From positions 160,001 through 224,000 of the forward strand of contig OY729431.1 in the NCBI GenBank assembly GCA_963422395.1: a DNA stretch of 64,000 nucleotides, given 5' to 3'. Source of the stretch: Vicinamibacteria bacterium (GTDB taxonomy: Bacteria; Acidobacteriota; Vicinamibacteria; Marinacidobacterales; Marinacidobacteraceae). Position 1 is the stretch's first letter. The number at the start of each line of letters is the position of its first letter. Both the position numbers and the translations under genes were made by a program. Under the pieces are notes generated by a model. It worked only from the letters and a program-made list of their open reading frames with translations, made no database searches and had not been told where the DNA came from. Positions 1-8,920 of this stretch are shown one piece after another.

Positions 1-1860
1 CTTCCGGTGGAACGGCTCGATCTCATCGAGAAGTACGCGGCCGGCGCCGCCGGCCGGGCGCCGCCGCTCGACCGCCTCGGCGGGACGAGCTGGGTGCGCC
101 GCCGAAAGCGGGTGGCGCGAGCGCTCCGCGACATCGCCGCCGAGCTGATCCGCCTCTACGCCGAGCGGCGCCGCGCCCCCGGCTACGCGTTCTCCCGCAA
201 CCCCCCGGGAATGGACGAATTCGAGGACGGCTTCGAATGGGTAGAGACCGACGATCAGGCGAGGGCGATCCGGGATGTGTTCGCCGACATGGAATCCGAC
301 GCGCCGATGGACCGGCTGCTGGCTGGGGATGTGGGGTTCGGGAAGACGGAAGTCGCGCTCCGCGCTTCGTTCAAGGCAGCGATGGAAGGCAAGCAAGTCG
401 CCATCCTGGTCCCCACCACCGTCCTCGCCGCCCAGCACGCCCGTGTCTTCGAACAGCGCTTCGAGCCCTTTCCGATCCGGGTCGAGATGCTCTCCCGGTT
501 CCGCACCCCGAAGCAGCAGCGCCAGATCGTCGCCGGACTCCGGGATGGCTCCGTGGACATCGTGATCGGAACCCACCGGCTGCTTTCGCAGGATGTGGAT
601 TTCCGGGATCTCGGGCTGTTGATCGTGGACGAGGAGCAGCGATTCGGTGTTTCCGCCAAGGAACGGCTGAAGCGCATCGCAACGCGGGTGGACCACCTGG
701 CGATGACCGCCACCCCGATTCCCCGCACGCTGAACATGTCGCTCTCCGGCATCCGCGACCTGTCGGTGATCGAGACCGCGCCGCGGGATCGGATGGCTAT
801 CCAGACCCATGTGCTGCCGTTCGATCCGGAGCGGATCGCTGAGGCCATCCGCCACGAGCTCTCCCGCGAGGGGCAGGTGTACTTCGTCCACAACCGGGTG
901 CGCTCGCTCGAAGCGATGGAACGCCTCCTCGGGCGGATCGTGCCGGAGGCGCGGGTGCTCACCGCTCATGGGCAGATGCGGGAAGCCGCACTCGAGCGGA
1001 CTCTGGTGGGGTTCCAAGCAGAAGACGCTGACATCCTGCTCACCACCACGATCATCGAGAATGGGCTGGACCTGCCCCGGGTCAACACTCTCATCGTGAA
1101 CCGGGCGGACGCTTTCGGGCTCTCCCAGCTGTATCAGATCCGGGGCCGGGTGGGCCGCTCTTCGCGGCGCGCGTATGCGTATCTGCTCGTGCCGCCGGGA
1201 GTGCCGCTCTCGAAAACCCGTGGGGCGCGCCTTTCGGCGCTGCGAGAGTTCAGCGAACTGGGCGCCGGGTTCCGGGTGGCGGCGCTCGACATGGAGCTGC
1301 GGGGCGCGGGCAACCTGCTCGGTGCGCAGCAGCACGGACACCTGGAGGCGGTAGGGTTCGACCTCTACTACCGGCTCCTCGAGGAGGCGGTCGCCGAGGC
1401 CCGGGGCGAGGCGCCGAGATCTCGATGCTCGATGAACCTGCGCTTCCAGATCCGCGTTCCCCGGGTCTATCTGGACGATGTGCGGCGCCGGATGTGGTTC
1501 TACAAGCGCTGCTCCGCGATCTCCGACCCGGAGGCCCTCGATCGGTTCGCTGCGGAAGTGCGCGACCGATTCGGCCCCCCACCGTCGGAAGTCGAGATGT
1601 TCTTCGAACATGTGCGGCTGCGGGCGCGCGCCGAGCGGCTCGGTTATCGGGCGGTGAGCCGCGAAGGCGGCACGCTCCGGTTCGAGTCCGGCGAGGGCGA
1701 CCCGGAGGATCGCGGCTTTCGGGTCTCGCTGCCCGCGGGGGCGGGGCCGTCGGAGGTTCTGGAATCGCTCTCGATGGCACTTTCGACAGTCGAGGCGGCC
1801 GGGCTCGGTCGGAAGGGCGCAACCGGCGGGGTCGCGCCAGCTGGGAATCCCGGCCCGTGA
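1..1860 (+). CDS. mfd: Transcription-repair coupling factor, 5'-truncated by the window edge
   Basis: Motifs MDRLLAGDVGFGKTEVA, DEEQRFGV, MTATPIPRTL, GLSQLYQIRGRVGRS, DMELRGAGNLLG, and a C-terminal TRCF domain. Confidence 0.97.
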   Translation, partial: LPVERLDLIEKYAAGAAGRAPPLDRLGGTSWVRRRKRVARALRDIAAELIRLYAERRRAPGYAFSRNPPGMDEFEDGFEWVETDDQARAIRDVFADMESDAPMDRLLAGDVGFGKTEVALRASFKAAMEGKQVAILVPTTVLAAQHARVFEQRFEPFPIRVEMLSRFRTPKQQRQIVAGLRDGSVDIVIGTHRLLSQDVDFRDLGLLIVDEEQRFGVSAKERLKRIATRVDHLAMTATPIPRTLNMSLSGIRDLSVIETAPRDRMAIQTHVLPFDPERIAEAIRHELSREGQVYFVHNRVRSLEAMERLLGRIVPEARVLTAHGQMREAALERTLVGFQAEDADILLTTTIIENGLDLPRVNTLIVNRADAFGLSQLYQIRGRVGRSSRRAYAYLLVPPGVPLSKTRGARLSALREFSELGAGFRVAALDMELRGAGNLLGAQQHGHLEAVGFDLYYRLLEEAVAEARGEAPRSRCSMNLRFQIRVPRVYLDDVRRRMWFYKRCSAISDPEALDRFAAEVRDRFGPPPSEVEMFFEHVRLRARAERLGYRAVSREGGTLRFESGEGDPEDRGFRVSLPAGAGPSEVLESLSMALSTVEAAGLGRKGATGGVAPAGNPGP

Positions 1861-2828
1861 CCGCCTGCTTCCTTCGGGTGCCCGGGCGCATCCCCGGTGC
1901 CGCCTTCCTCCTGGCAGTCGGTGCCGCAGGCTGCGGAGGATTCGGCGGGAGCCCTCCGCCTCCGGTGATCACGGTCGGCGAGCGGGGATTCACCCACGAG
2001 GAATTCGACCGCTTCGTGGACGCCCGCACCGCGCTCGTCTCGTCCTTCGACGCCGCAGTGTTGAGTGCTCTGCTCGACGAGTTCGCGCGGGAACGACTTC
2101 TCCTCCTCGCCGCGGACGAAGCCGGCATCGAGATTCCCGAGACGCAGCTCCTCGCCGAAATCGGAGCCTTGAACCGCGGCCCGCGCCCCGACGCGGTGCG
2201 CTCCGAGAGCCGGGACTCGCCGGAACCGCTGGGGTCTTTCGGCGAAGCGGGGGGGGACACCGATCGGTTACGCGCCGAAGTCGAAAACCGGCTGCGGGTG
2301 AACCGGCTCCTCGAGACGGTGGTGCTCGGCGATCTCGAAGCGCCCCAAGCGGTCGCGCTCTTCGAGTTCGAGACGAACCGCGCCTTCTATGCCCGCCCCG
2401 ACATGGTCACTCTCTCCGAGGCCCGGTTCCCGGACCGCGAAAGTGCCGAAGCGGGCGTCAGGCGGCTCGCGGATGCGGGCTCTGAAAACGGCGCGGACGA
2501 CGAGCCCGACCGCTTTCGCCGCGTCGGGTCTTTCCGCCGGGGAGAGCTTCCCGAAGCGATGGAACGGGCGGTGTTCGGCCTCGAACCCGGACGAACGACG
2601 GGGGTTCTCGAGACGGCAGCCGGGTTCCGCATCTTCCGGATCGAAGAGCGCCTTCCGGCGGCGACGCTGGACTTCGAGGAAGTCGAAGATGTGGTCCGGC
2701 AAAGTGTGTTGCGGAAGGAGGCCGACGCCCGGCTCGAGGTCTTCCTGGCCGGGCTGCGCGACCGCTTTCCGGTGACGGTCCATGCGGACCGCCTTCGCTT
2801 CCCCTATGTGGGCCTGCTCCGCGAGTGA
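1857..2828 (+). CDS. PpiC/SurA-family peptidyl-prolyl isomerase, probable lipoprotein
   Basis: GTG overlaps the mfd stop (GTGA); lipobox-like AAGC; parvulin-like GSFRRGELPEAMERAVFGLEPG...ETAAGFRIFRIEE; usual position downstream of mfd. Confidence 0.8.
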   Translation: MTACFLRVPGRIPGAAFLLAVGAAGCGGFGGSPPPPVITVGERGFTHEEFDRFVDARTALVSSFDAAVLSALLDEFARERLLLLAADEAGIEIPETQLLAEIGALNRGPRPDAVRSESRDSPEPLGSFGEAGGDTDRLRAEVENRLRVNRLLETVVLGDLEAPQAVALFEFETNRAFYARPDMVTLSEARFPDRESAEAGVRRLADAGSENGADDEPDRFRRVGSFRRGELPEAMERAVFGLEPGRTTGVLETAAGFRIFRIEERLPAATLDFEEVEDVVRQSVLRKEADARLEVFLAGLRDRFPVTVHADRLRFPYVGLLRE

Positions 2829-2919
2829 CCGAAACCGCCTTCGCGCCGCGCGACCATGCTTCGAAACCCTCCCCGATGCCGGATTAGAATCCGGTTCCCC
2901 TGGAGGAGCTCTTCTGCTC

Positions 2920-3924
2920 ATGCGGTTCGTCTTCCGCCCCCTGCCGCTCGCTTCGCTGTGCTGCGCTCTCGCTGCGGTCCTTCCGGCACAGGAAGCAGGG
3001 CAGCCCGTAGAGATGCTGGACCGGGTGGCGGCTCTGGTGAACGGAGACATGATCCCCCTGAGCGAGCTGGATCGGCAGGTCGTCATCCAGGCAGAGCGGC
3101 TCGGTGTCCCCGACGACCCTGAAGTCCAGGCGAACCTCCGCCGCCAGGTCCTCGCCGGAATGGTGGACAACGCCCTGATCCTGCAAGTCGCCGCGCAGCG
3201 CGGGCTGCGGGTTCCAGACCGTTACTTCGAGGAGTGGAAGGAACAGACGATCCAGGAAATGAATCTGCCGAACGAGGAGGAATTCATCCGGCAGGTAGAG
3301 CTGCAGGGCACGACGATCGAGGAACTCAAGAAACAGTTCCTCGAAGGGGTGCTGATCCAGGAGATTCGCCGCCAGGACATCGAGGAGCGAGTCCGGATCA
3401 GCGAGCCCGAGATCGAGCAGCGCTATCGCGAGAATGTGGATGACTTCGTCCAGCCTCCGCAGGTGCGGCTTCGCGAGCTGGTCGTTCCCATCGGCGATGC
3501 CGGAGAGGCTGCCGCCCGTGCCCGGATCGGCGAAGCCCAGGCTCTCATCGCTTCCGGCAACGATTTCGGCGAAGTCGCCAGGGTGCGGTCCGAAACCGAT
3601 TCCGCCGAAGCCGGCGGCGATCTGGGGTTGTTCGAAGTGGGAGAACTCGACGAGACCTTCCGCGAAGTGGTGACCGGACTCGAGGTCGGACAGGTTTCGG
3701 AACCCCTCCGGATCGGCGACTCCTTCTATCTGCTGCAGCTGGACGCCCGCACCGAGGAATCCACGATCCCCCTCGACGAGGTGCGGAACCGGATCGCGGA
3801 GTCGCTCTACGCCGAGAAGATGGACGCCGAGATGGCGAACTTCGTCCGCAAGCTGCGGGAGAACGCCATCGTCGAGATCCGCCTCGACGAAGCGGATACT
3901 CCGGCTCCGCCGACCAGCCGGTAG
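2920..3924 (+). CDS. SurA-like chaperone/peptidyl-prolyl isomerase
   Basis: GGAGG SD at 2902-2906; signal peptide; LDRVAALVNGDMI (SurA N-domain); parvulin motifs SAEAGGDLGLF and GQVSEPLR. Confidence 0.9.
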   Translation: MRFVFRPLPLASLCCALAAVLPAQEAGQPVEMLDRVAALVNGDMIPLSELDRQVVIQAERLGVPDDPEVQANLRRQVLAGMVDNALILQVAAQRGLRVPDRYFEEWKEQTIQEMNLPNEEEFIRQVELQGTTIEELKKQFLEGVLIQEIRRQDIEERVRISEPEIEQRYRENVDDFVQPPQVRLRELVVPIGDAGEAAARARIGEAQALIASGNDFGEVARVRSETDSAEAGGDLGLFEVGELDETFREVVTGLEVGQVSEPLRIGDSFYLLQLDARTEESTIPLDEVRNRIAESLYAEKMDAEMANFVRKLRENAIVEIRLDEADTPAPPTSR

Positions 3925-3966
3925 CAGCCTTCCCGCTCTCGCTGCCGCGCTGCGGTGGGTCGGGGT

Positions 3967-5007
3967 TCAGCCGCCGCGGGTGTGCATTTCGAGATGAGGA
4001 TCCTGCCGGAGATCGATGGCGGCGAGCAGCGGAGTCCGTTCGGTGAGCGCGGCCCGCTCCTCGGCGCCCCGATCGGTCCGGCCGGCCCAGACGCGGGCGA
4101 TCAGCGCTTCCAGCTGCCCGGCGCTCGCGCCTCCCCGCAGCGGGGCGCGCAGGTCCAGCCCTTCGGCGGCGTAGAGACAGCGGAACCAGCGCCCGTCGGC
4201 GGTGATCCGGCTCCGGTCGCAGGCGGCGCAGAAGGGCTCGGTCACCGAAGCGATGACCCCGAAGGTCCGGCCGTCGGGGATGCGGAAGCGGCGGGCAGGC
4301 GCTGCCGGATCCTCGACCGGAAGCGGCTCGACGGGGCCGTAGCGACGGGCCATCGCCTCCCGGATAGCCGCCGCCGGGAGCACCAGATCCGGTTTCCAGC
4401 CGGTGGCACCGCCCACATCCATGTACTCGATGAAGCGGATTTCGGCATCCTGACTGCAGGCGAATTCGAAGAGCTGGCTCAGTTCGTCGTCGTTGACCCC
4501 CCTCATGGCGACGGTGTCCAGTTTCAGCGGGAAGAGTCCCGCGGCGCGGGCGGCGGCGATCCCCTCCCGAACCGTTTCGAGCCCCGCTCGGCGGGTGAGC
4601 GTCCGGAAGCGGTCCGGGCGGAGGGTGTCCAGGCTCACCGTGATCCGTTGCAGTCCGGCAGCCCGCAGGGCCTCCGCCTGCCCCGCGAGCAGCACGCCGT
4701 TGGTTGTGAGCGCGAGGTCCCGGATGCCCGGGACCGCGGCCAGCAGTCGCACGAGTTCGGGCAGGCGCCGCCGGATCAGGGGTTCGCCGCCGGTGATCCG
4801 GAGCTTCTCCACTCCGAGCGCCGCGAAACGCCCCGCCAGAAAGGCGATTTCGTCGAAGGTGAGCAGGTCCTTGCGGGGCAGCCACACATATTCCTCTTCC
4901 GGCATGCAGTACTGGCAGCGGAGATTGCAGCGGTCGGTGACCGAGAGCCGCAGGCTGCCGAGCGGCCGGCCGAAGCGATCGCGGGCTGGCCGGCGGGAGA
5001 TGGGCAC
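3967..5007 (-). CDS. moaA: GTP 3',8-cyclase (molybdenum cofactor biosynthesis radical SAM enzyme)
   Basis: DRFGR..LRLSVTDRCNLRCQYCMP, ITGGEPL, FCAACDRSRITADG..RCL, C-terminal MHTRGG; start placed at GTG 5007 (the ORF-track start overlaps other genes). Confidence 0.96.
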   Translation of the reverse strand: MPISRRPARDRFGRPLGSLRLSVTDRCNLRCQYCMPEEEYVWLPRKDLLTFDEIAFLAGRFAALGVEKLRITGGEPLIRRRLPELVRLLAAVPGIRDLALTTNGVLLAGQAEALRAAGLQRITVSLDTLRPDRFRTLTRRAGLETVREGIAAARAAGLFPLKLDTVAMRGVNDDELSQLFEFACSQDAEIRFIEYMDVGGATGWKPDLVLPAAAIREAMARRYGPVEPLPVEDPAAPARRFRIPDGRTFGVIASVTEPFCAACDRSRITADGRWFRCLYAAEGLDLRAPLRGGASAGQLEALIARVWAGRTDRGAEERAALTERTPLLAAIDLRQDPHLEMHTRGG

Positions 5008-5024
5008 GAAAGAGAGTGTGCGGG

Positions 5025-5840
5025 TCAATGCACCGCGAGCAGTTCCACCTCGAAGAGCAGCGTTGCGTAGGGCGGAATCGCGTTGCCGGCACCGGCGCTT
5101 CCGTACCCCAGGTCGTGGGGGATGACCAGACGGCGGCGGCCGCCGACCCGCATCCCCGTTATCCCGCGGTCCCATCCCGCGATGACGCTCCCGACGCCGA
5201 GCGTGAAGCGGAACGGCTCCTCGGCGGTGGTGGAATCGAAGATGCTCCCCTTGTTGTCCGGCTCGGTCAGCTCGTAGAGCCAGCCCCGGTAGGCGACCGA
5301 GAGCGTTTTCCCGTTCGCCGCCTCGTCGCCGTCGCCCAGTCGAAGATCGGTCGTTACGAACGGAACCTCGCCGCCCTCCAGCAGTTCGATCTCGAAGATC
5401 AGAGTCGAGCCGCCGGGCACCAGATTCGTCCCCTGAGGCCCGAAGCCGAGTTCGGGCGGAGTCACGATCTGCCGGCGGCCGCCGACCCGCATCCCCGCGA
5501 CCCCCCGATCCACCGCTGCGATCACCTGGCCCACTCCCAATCGAAACGAAAACGGCGCTTCGACCGGTGCCGAAGCGAACGCGCTTCCCTTGTTCTCCGG
5601 AGCTGCCGGATCGTACAGCCAGCCGGTATAGGAGATCGCCAGCAACCAGCCGTCCTCCACCAGGGCTCCGCTGCCTTCGCGCAGATCGGTGGTGCTGAAA
5701 GGCGTCGACGGACCTGGAGGCGCCGGCGGCGGGGTTGGGGTGGTCGGGGCGTTTCCGGACCCGCCGCATCCCCAAGCGGCGGCGAGCGAAGCCGCCAGAA
5801 GCGCTGCGGCCGGAGACCGCAGGGTGTCCAGAACCGACAT
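5025..5840 (-). CDS. FKBP-type PPIase lipoprotein with two FKBP domains
   Basis: Lipobox AWGC; two copies of Y(T/R)GWLY...F.LGVG.VI...DRG..GMRVGGRR.....P.LG(F/Y)G...TL(I/L)FE(I/V)ELL. Confidence 0.92.
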   Translation of the reverse strand: MSVLDTLRSPAAALLAASLAAAWGCGGSGNAPTTPTPPPAPPGPSTPFSTTDLREGSGALVEDGWLLAISYTGWLYDPAAPENKGSAFASAPVEAPFSFRLGVGQVIAAVDRGVAGMRVGGRRQIVTPPELGFGPQGTNLVPGGSTLIFEIELLEGGEVPFVTTDLRLGDGDEAANGKTLSVAYRGWLYELTEPDNKGSIFDSTTAEEPFRFTLGVGSVIAGWDRGITGMRVGGRRRLVIPHDLGYGSAGAGNAIPPYATLLFEVELLAVH

Positions 5841-5981
5841 GGGACCTACTGACCGCGGGATCGGGCTCCCGTGCTCGGCGAGCCCCGATACCAGCGGAAT
5901 CCCGCAGCGTACACCGAAGCCGATTCTCGTGGTTCGGGCCGATCGTCCGGAAGGGGGGAGATCGGCCGGGGCGAAGAAGGT

Positions 5982-7517
5982 TCAGCGCCCGAGGAAGACT
6001 CCGGGACGCGCTTCGGTGGTCCGCCCGTCCGCGAACACGGTTTCGCCGGCGACCAGAACCCGCTCGATGCCGATCGCGAGGGCGTGAGGGTTCTCCGGAG
6101 TCGCCCGGTCGCTCACCGTGTCCGGGTCGAAGAGGACCAGATCGGCCGCCATGCCGGGGGCGATACGGCCCCGATCGACGAATCCCATGTGGTCGGCGGC
6201 GAGCGAGGTCATGCGGCGCACCGCCTCCTCGAGACTCACGATCCGCCGCTCGCGGACGAACTGCCGGATCGCGCGGGGAAAGGAGCCGAAGCCCCGCGGA
6301 TGGGCGCCGAAGAGCCCGCCGTCGGTAGCGAGGTTCGCATGCTCCCAGGCGAAGATCGCGGCGATGTCGTCCTCGTTCATGCTGGTGGCGAGCACCGACT
6401 CCACCCGCGCCCCGGGGGGCTGCTCCGGATCGATGCGCATCGTCTCGGCTTCCCGGATCAGCCACAACAGCGCCGCCGCCGGTTCCTCCCCGCGTTCTTC
6501 GGCGATGCTCGAAAGCGTACGCCCGGCGTAGGCCGGCTCGGGCGCGTACAGCGGGATCAGCATCCCCTCGGGCGGCGCGAGTTCGCGCACCACGAAGCGG
6601 GCTTCTTCGAGATCGTCGAAATCCCGGTCGGGGAACATCACCGTGAGAGTGGACTGCCAGAACGGGTAGGGGTACACATCCAGAGTGACCGCAACCCCTT
6701 CGGCGCGGGCCTCGTCCAGCCGGCCGAGGAGCCAGGGCGCTTCTCCCCAAAGGCTGCGCATCGCCAGCTTGGCGTGGGAGATCTGCACCGGCATCCCGGT
6801 GTCCGCCCCGATCCGGAGGATCTCCTCCACTGCTTCGCGGAAGAAGCGGTCCTCGCTGCGGAGATGGCTGATGTAGCGGCCGCCAGCGGCGGCCGCGGCG
6901 CGCGCGAGCTCGATCACCTCTTCCGGGGCCGCGTAGATGCCCGGGTCGTATTCGAGTCCGGTGCTGAGACCGAGCGCTCCGGCTTCGAGTTCGGTTTCGA
7001 GCAGCCGCCGCATCGAGGCGATCTCCTCCCCGGTGGCCTCGCGGCGGAAGTCGGCGCCGAGGAGCCTGCGCCGCAAGGTGTTGTGGCCCGCGTAACTCGC
7101 CACATGTACCGTGGCCGGGGCCGCTTCGAGGCGGGTGCGGAATGCGGCGAGCGGCCAGGGCGAGCTGCCGTCCTGGCCGACCACCACCGTGGTGATGCCC
7201 TGGCTCACCGCCGCGGTGGCGTCGGGCCTCTCGAAGATGTCCGAATCGGCATGGCTGTGGGTGTCCACGAATCCCGGAGCGAGGACCAGGCCGCCGGCGT
7301 CGAGCACTCGGTCACCGGAAGCCGGCCGGACTTCCGGACCCACCGCCTCGATCCAGCCGCCCACGATCCGTACCGCGCCGGAATAGGCGGGAGCCCCCGA
7401 GCCGTCCGCGATCCGGGCGTTCTCGATGACTAGCGGCGGCGGGTTCCCGCCTTGGCACGCCGCGAGCGCGAGCGCCACTCCGGCGGCTGCCGGAACGAAA
7501 GCCGGGCGCGGTTTCAC
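5982..7517 (-). CDS. N-acyl-D-amino-acid deacylase family amidohydrolase (lipoprotein)
   Basis: APGFVDTHSHAD, QGITTVVVGQDG, GALGLSTGLEY, SHLRSE, HPRGFGSFPR, GMAADLVLFDP; lipobox LAAC; start at GTG 7517 inferred. Confidence 0.9.
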   Translation of the reverse strand: MKPRPAFVPAAAGVALALAACQGGNPPPLVIENARIADGSGAPAYSGAVRIVGGWIEAVGPEVRPASGDRVLDAGGLVLAPGFVDTHSHADSDIFERPDATAAVSQGITTVVVGQDGSSPWPLAAFRTRLEAAPATVHVASYAGHNTLRRRLLGADFRREATGEEIASMRRLLETELEAGALGLSTGLEYDPGIYAAPEEVIELARAAAAAGGRYISHLRSEDRFFREAVEEILRIGADTGMPVQISHAKLAMRSLWGEAPWLLGRLDEARAEGVAVTLDVYPYPFWQSTLTVMFPDRDFDDLEEARFVVRELAPPEGMLIPLYAPEPAYAGRTLSSIAEERGEEPAAALLWLIREAETMRIDPEQPPGARVESVLATSMNEDDIAAIFAWEHANLATDGGLFGAHPRGFGSFPRAIRQFVRERRIVSLEEAVRRMTSLAADHMGFVDRGRIAPGMAADLVLFDPDTVSDRATPENPHALAIGIERVLVAGETVFADGRTTEARPGVFLGR

Positions 7518-7536
7518 GAACGCCGGCGGGAGCCGA

Positions 7537-7866
7537 TCAGCCGACGAGTTCGTGCAGCCGGGCGGCGAGCTTGTCCTTCGGCTGCACCCCGACGACCTGG
7601 CCGACGACCTCGCCCTGCTTGAAGAAGAGCAGTGTCGGGATCGAGCGGACACGGAATTTTTCGGCGATCCGCGGCTCCTCGTCCACATTCAGCTTGCCGA
7701 TGACCGCCACGCCCTCGAATTCTGCCGCCAGCTCGGAGATGGCGGGAGCGATCATCCGGCAAGGGCCGCACCATTCGGCCCAGAAGTCCACGAGAGTCGG
7801 CTGTTCCCCGCCGACCGCCTCGTCGAAGTTGTCGCTCGTCAGTTGCAACGCGTTGCCATCGGCCAT
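7537..7866 (-). CDS. trxA: Thioredoxin
   Basis: VDFWAEWCGPCRMIAP, 109 aa. Confidence 0.97.
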   Translation of the reverse strand: MADGNALQLTSDNFDEAVGGEQPTLVDFWAEWCGPCRMIAPAISELAAEFEGVAVIGKLNVDEEPRIAEKFRVRSIPTLLFFKQGEVVGQVVGVQPKDKLAARLHELVG

Positions 7867-7999
7867 TTTCGGGGGTGCTCCACTCCGGGGAATTCAGGAA
7901 AAGGGGACGCCCCGCCACCCGCCAGCGTCCCGGGAAGGGCCTCCATTCTAGCCGGGGGAGAAGAGACGGCTACGGCATACTTCGTCGGCGCGGGCCGCC

Positions 8000-8920
8000 A
8001 TGTCGCATGACCATCTCCACGCGCCGGCGGGGAAAGCGGGCAGGCGGCCGTCCCGGACCGCGCTCGGCGTCGCGCTCGGCTGCACCCTGACGATCGCTGC
8101 CGCCGAATTCGTCGGCGGCCTCTGGGCGGGCAGCCTTGCTCTCCAGGGCGATGCCGGCCACATGCTGAGCGACAGCGCGGCGCTCGGGGTGTCGCTCCTC
8201 GCCGCCTGGCTCGCCACGCGTCCCCTGACCGCCCGGCGGACCTTCGGATTCCACCGCGCGGAAGTGCTGGCGGCGCTGCTCAATTCGCTTCTGCTGCTGA
8301 CGATCGCCGGCTGGGTCGGCATCCGCGCGGCGGCCCGGCTCGGCCATCCGGCGGATGTCGCCGCGCTGCCGGTGCTGGTGATCGCCAGCATCGGACTCGT
8401 GGTGAACCTGGCAGCGCTGCGGATCCTCGGCGGCCACCAGCACCGCAGCCTCAACATCCGGGGCGCGTTCTTGCATGTCTTCGGCGACACCCTCGGCTCG
8501 GCCGGGGTCATCGTCTCCGCCCTCGTGATCCATTTCACCGGCTGGACCACGGTGGATGTACTGGTATCGCTCGGCATCGCCGCCTTGCTCGTCCTGTCCG
8601 GAGCGCGGCTGCTGCGCGACAGCGTGTCGGTATTGATGCTCGCCACGCCTTCCGAAGTGGACGGAGAAGCGGTCCGCGCCGGGCTCCTGTCGCTGGCCGG
8701 CATCCGGGGCATCCACGACCTGCACATCTGGACGATCAACAGCGGGTTCGTCTCGCTATCCTGCCACGCCGACATCGAACCCGACACCGCACCGGATCAG
8801 GTTCTTCGGAGTGCGACGAACCTGCTTCGGGAACGCTTCGGCATCCGCCATGTGACGATCCAGCCGGAAGCCAGCCGGGCCCACGGCGAAGCCGATTCCT
8901 GTCAGATTCTCGCCACTTGA
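8000..8920 (+). CDS. Cation diffusion facilitator (CzcD/ZitB-type Zn/Co/Cd exporter)
   Basis: SLALQGDAGHMLSD, TFGFHRAEVLAALLN, LNIRGAFLHVFGD, HDLHIWTI, HVTIQPE. Confidence 0.93.
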   Translation: MSHDHLHAPAGKAGRRPSRTALGVALGCTLTIAAAEFVGGLWAGSLALQGDAGHMLSDSAALGVSLLAAWLATRPLTARRTFGFHRAEVLAALLNSLLLLTIAGWVGIRAAARLGHPADVAALPVLVIASIGLVVNLAALRILGGHQHRSLNIRGAFLHVFGDTLGSAGVIVSALVIHFTGWTTVDVLVSLGIAALLVLSGARLLRDSVSVLMLATPSEVDGEAVRAGLLSLAGIRGIHDLHIWTINSGFVSLSCHADIEPDTAPDQVLRSATNLLRERFGIRHVTIQPEASRAHGEADSCQILAT

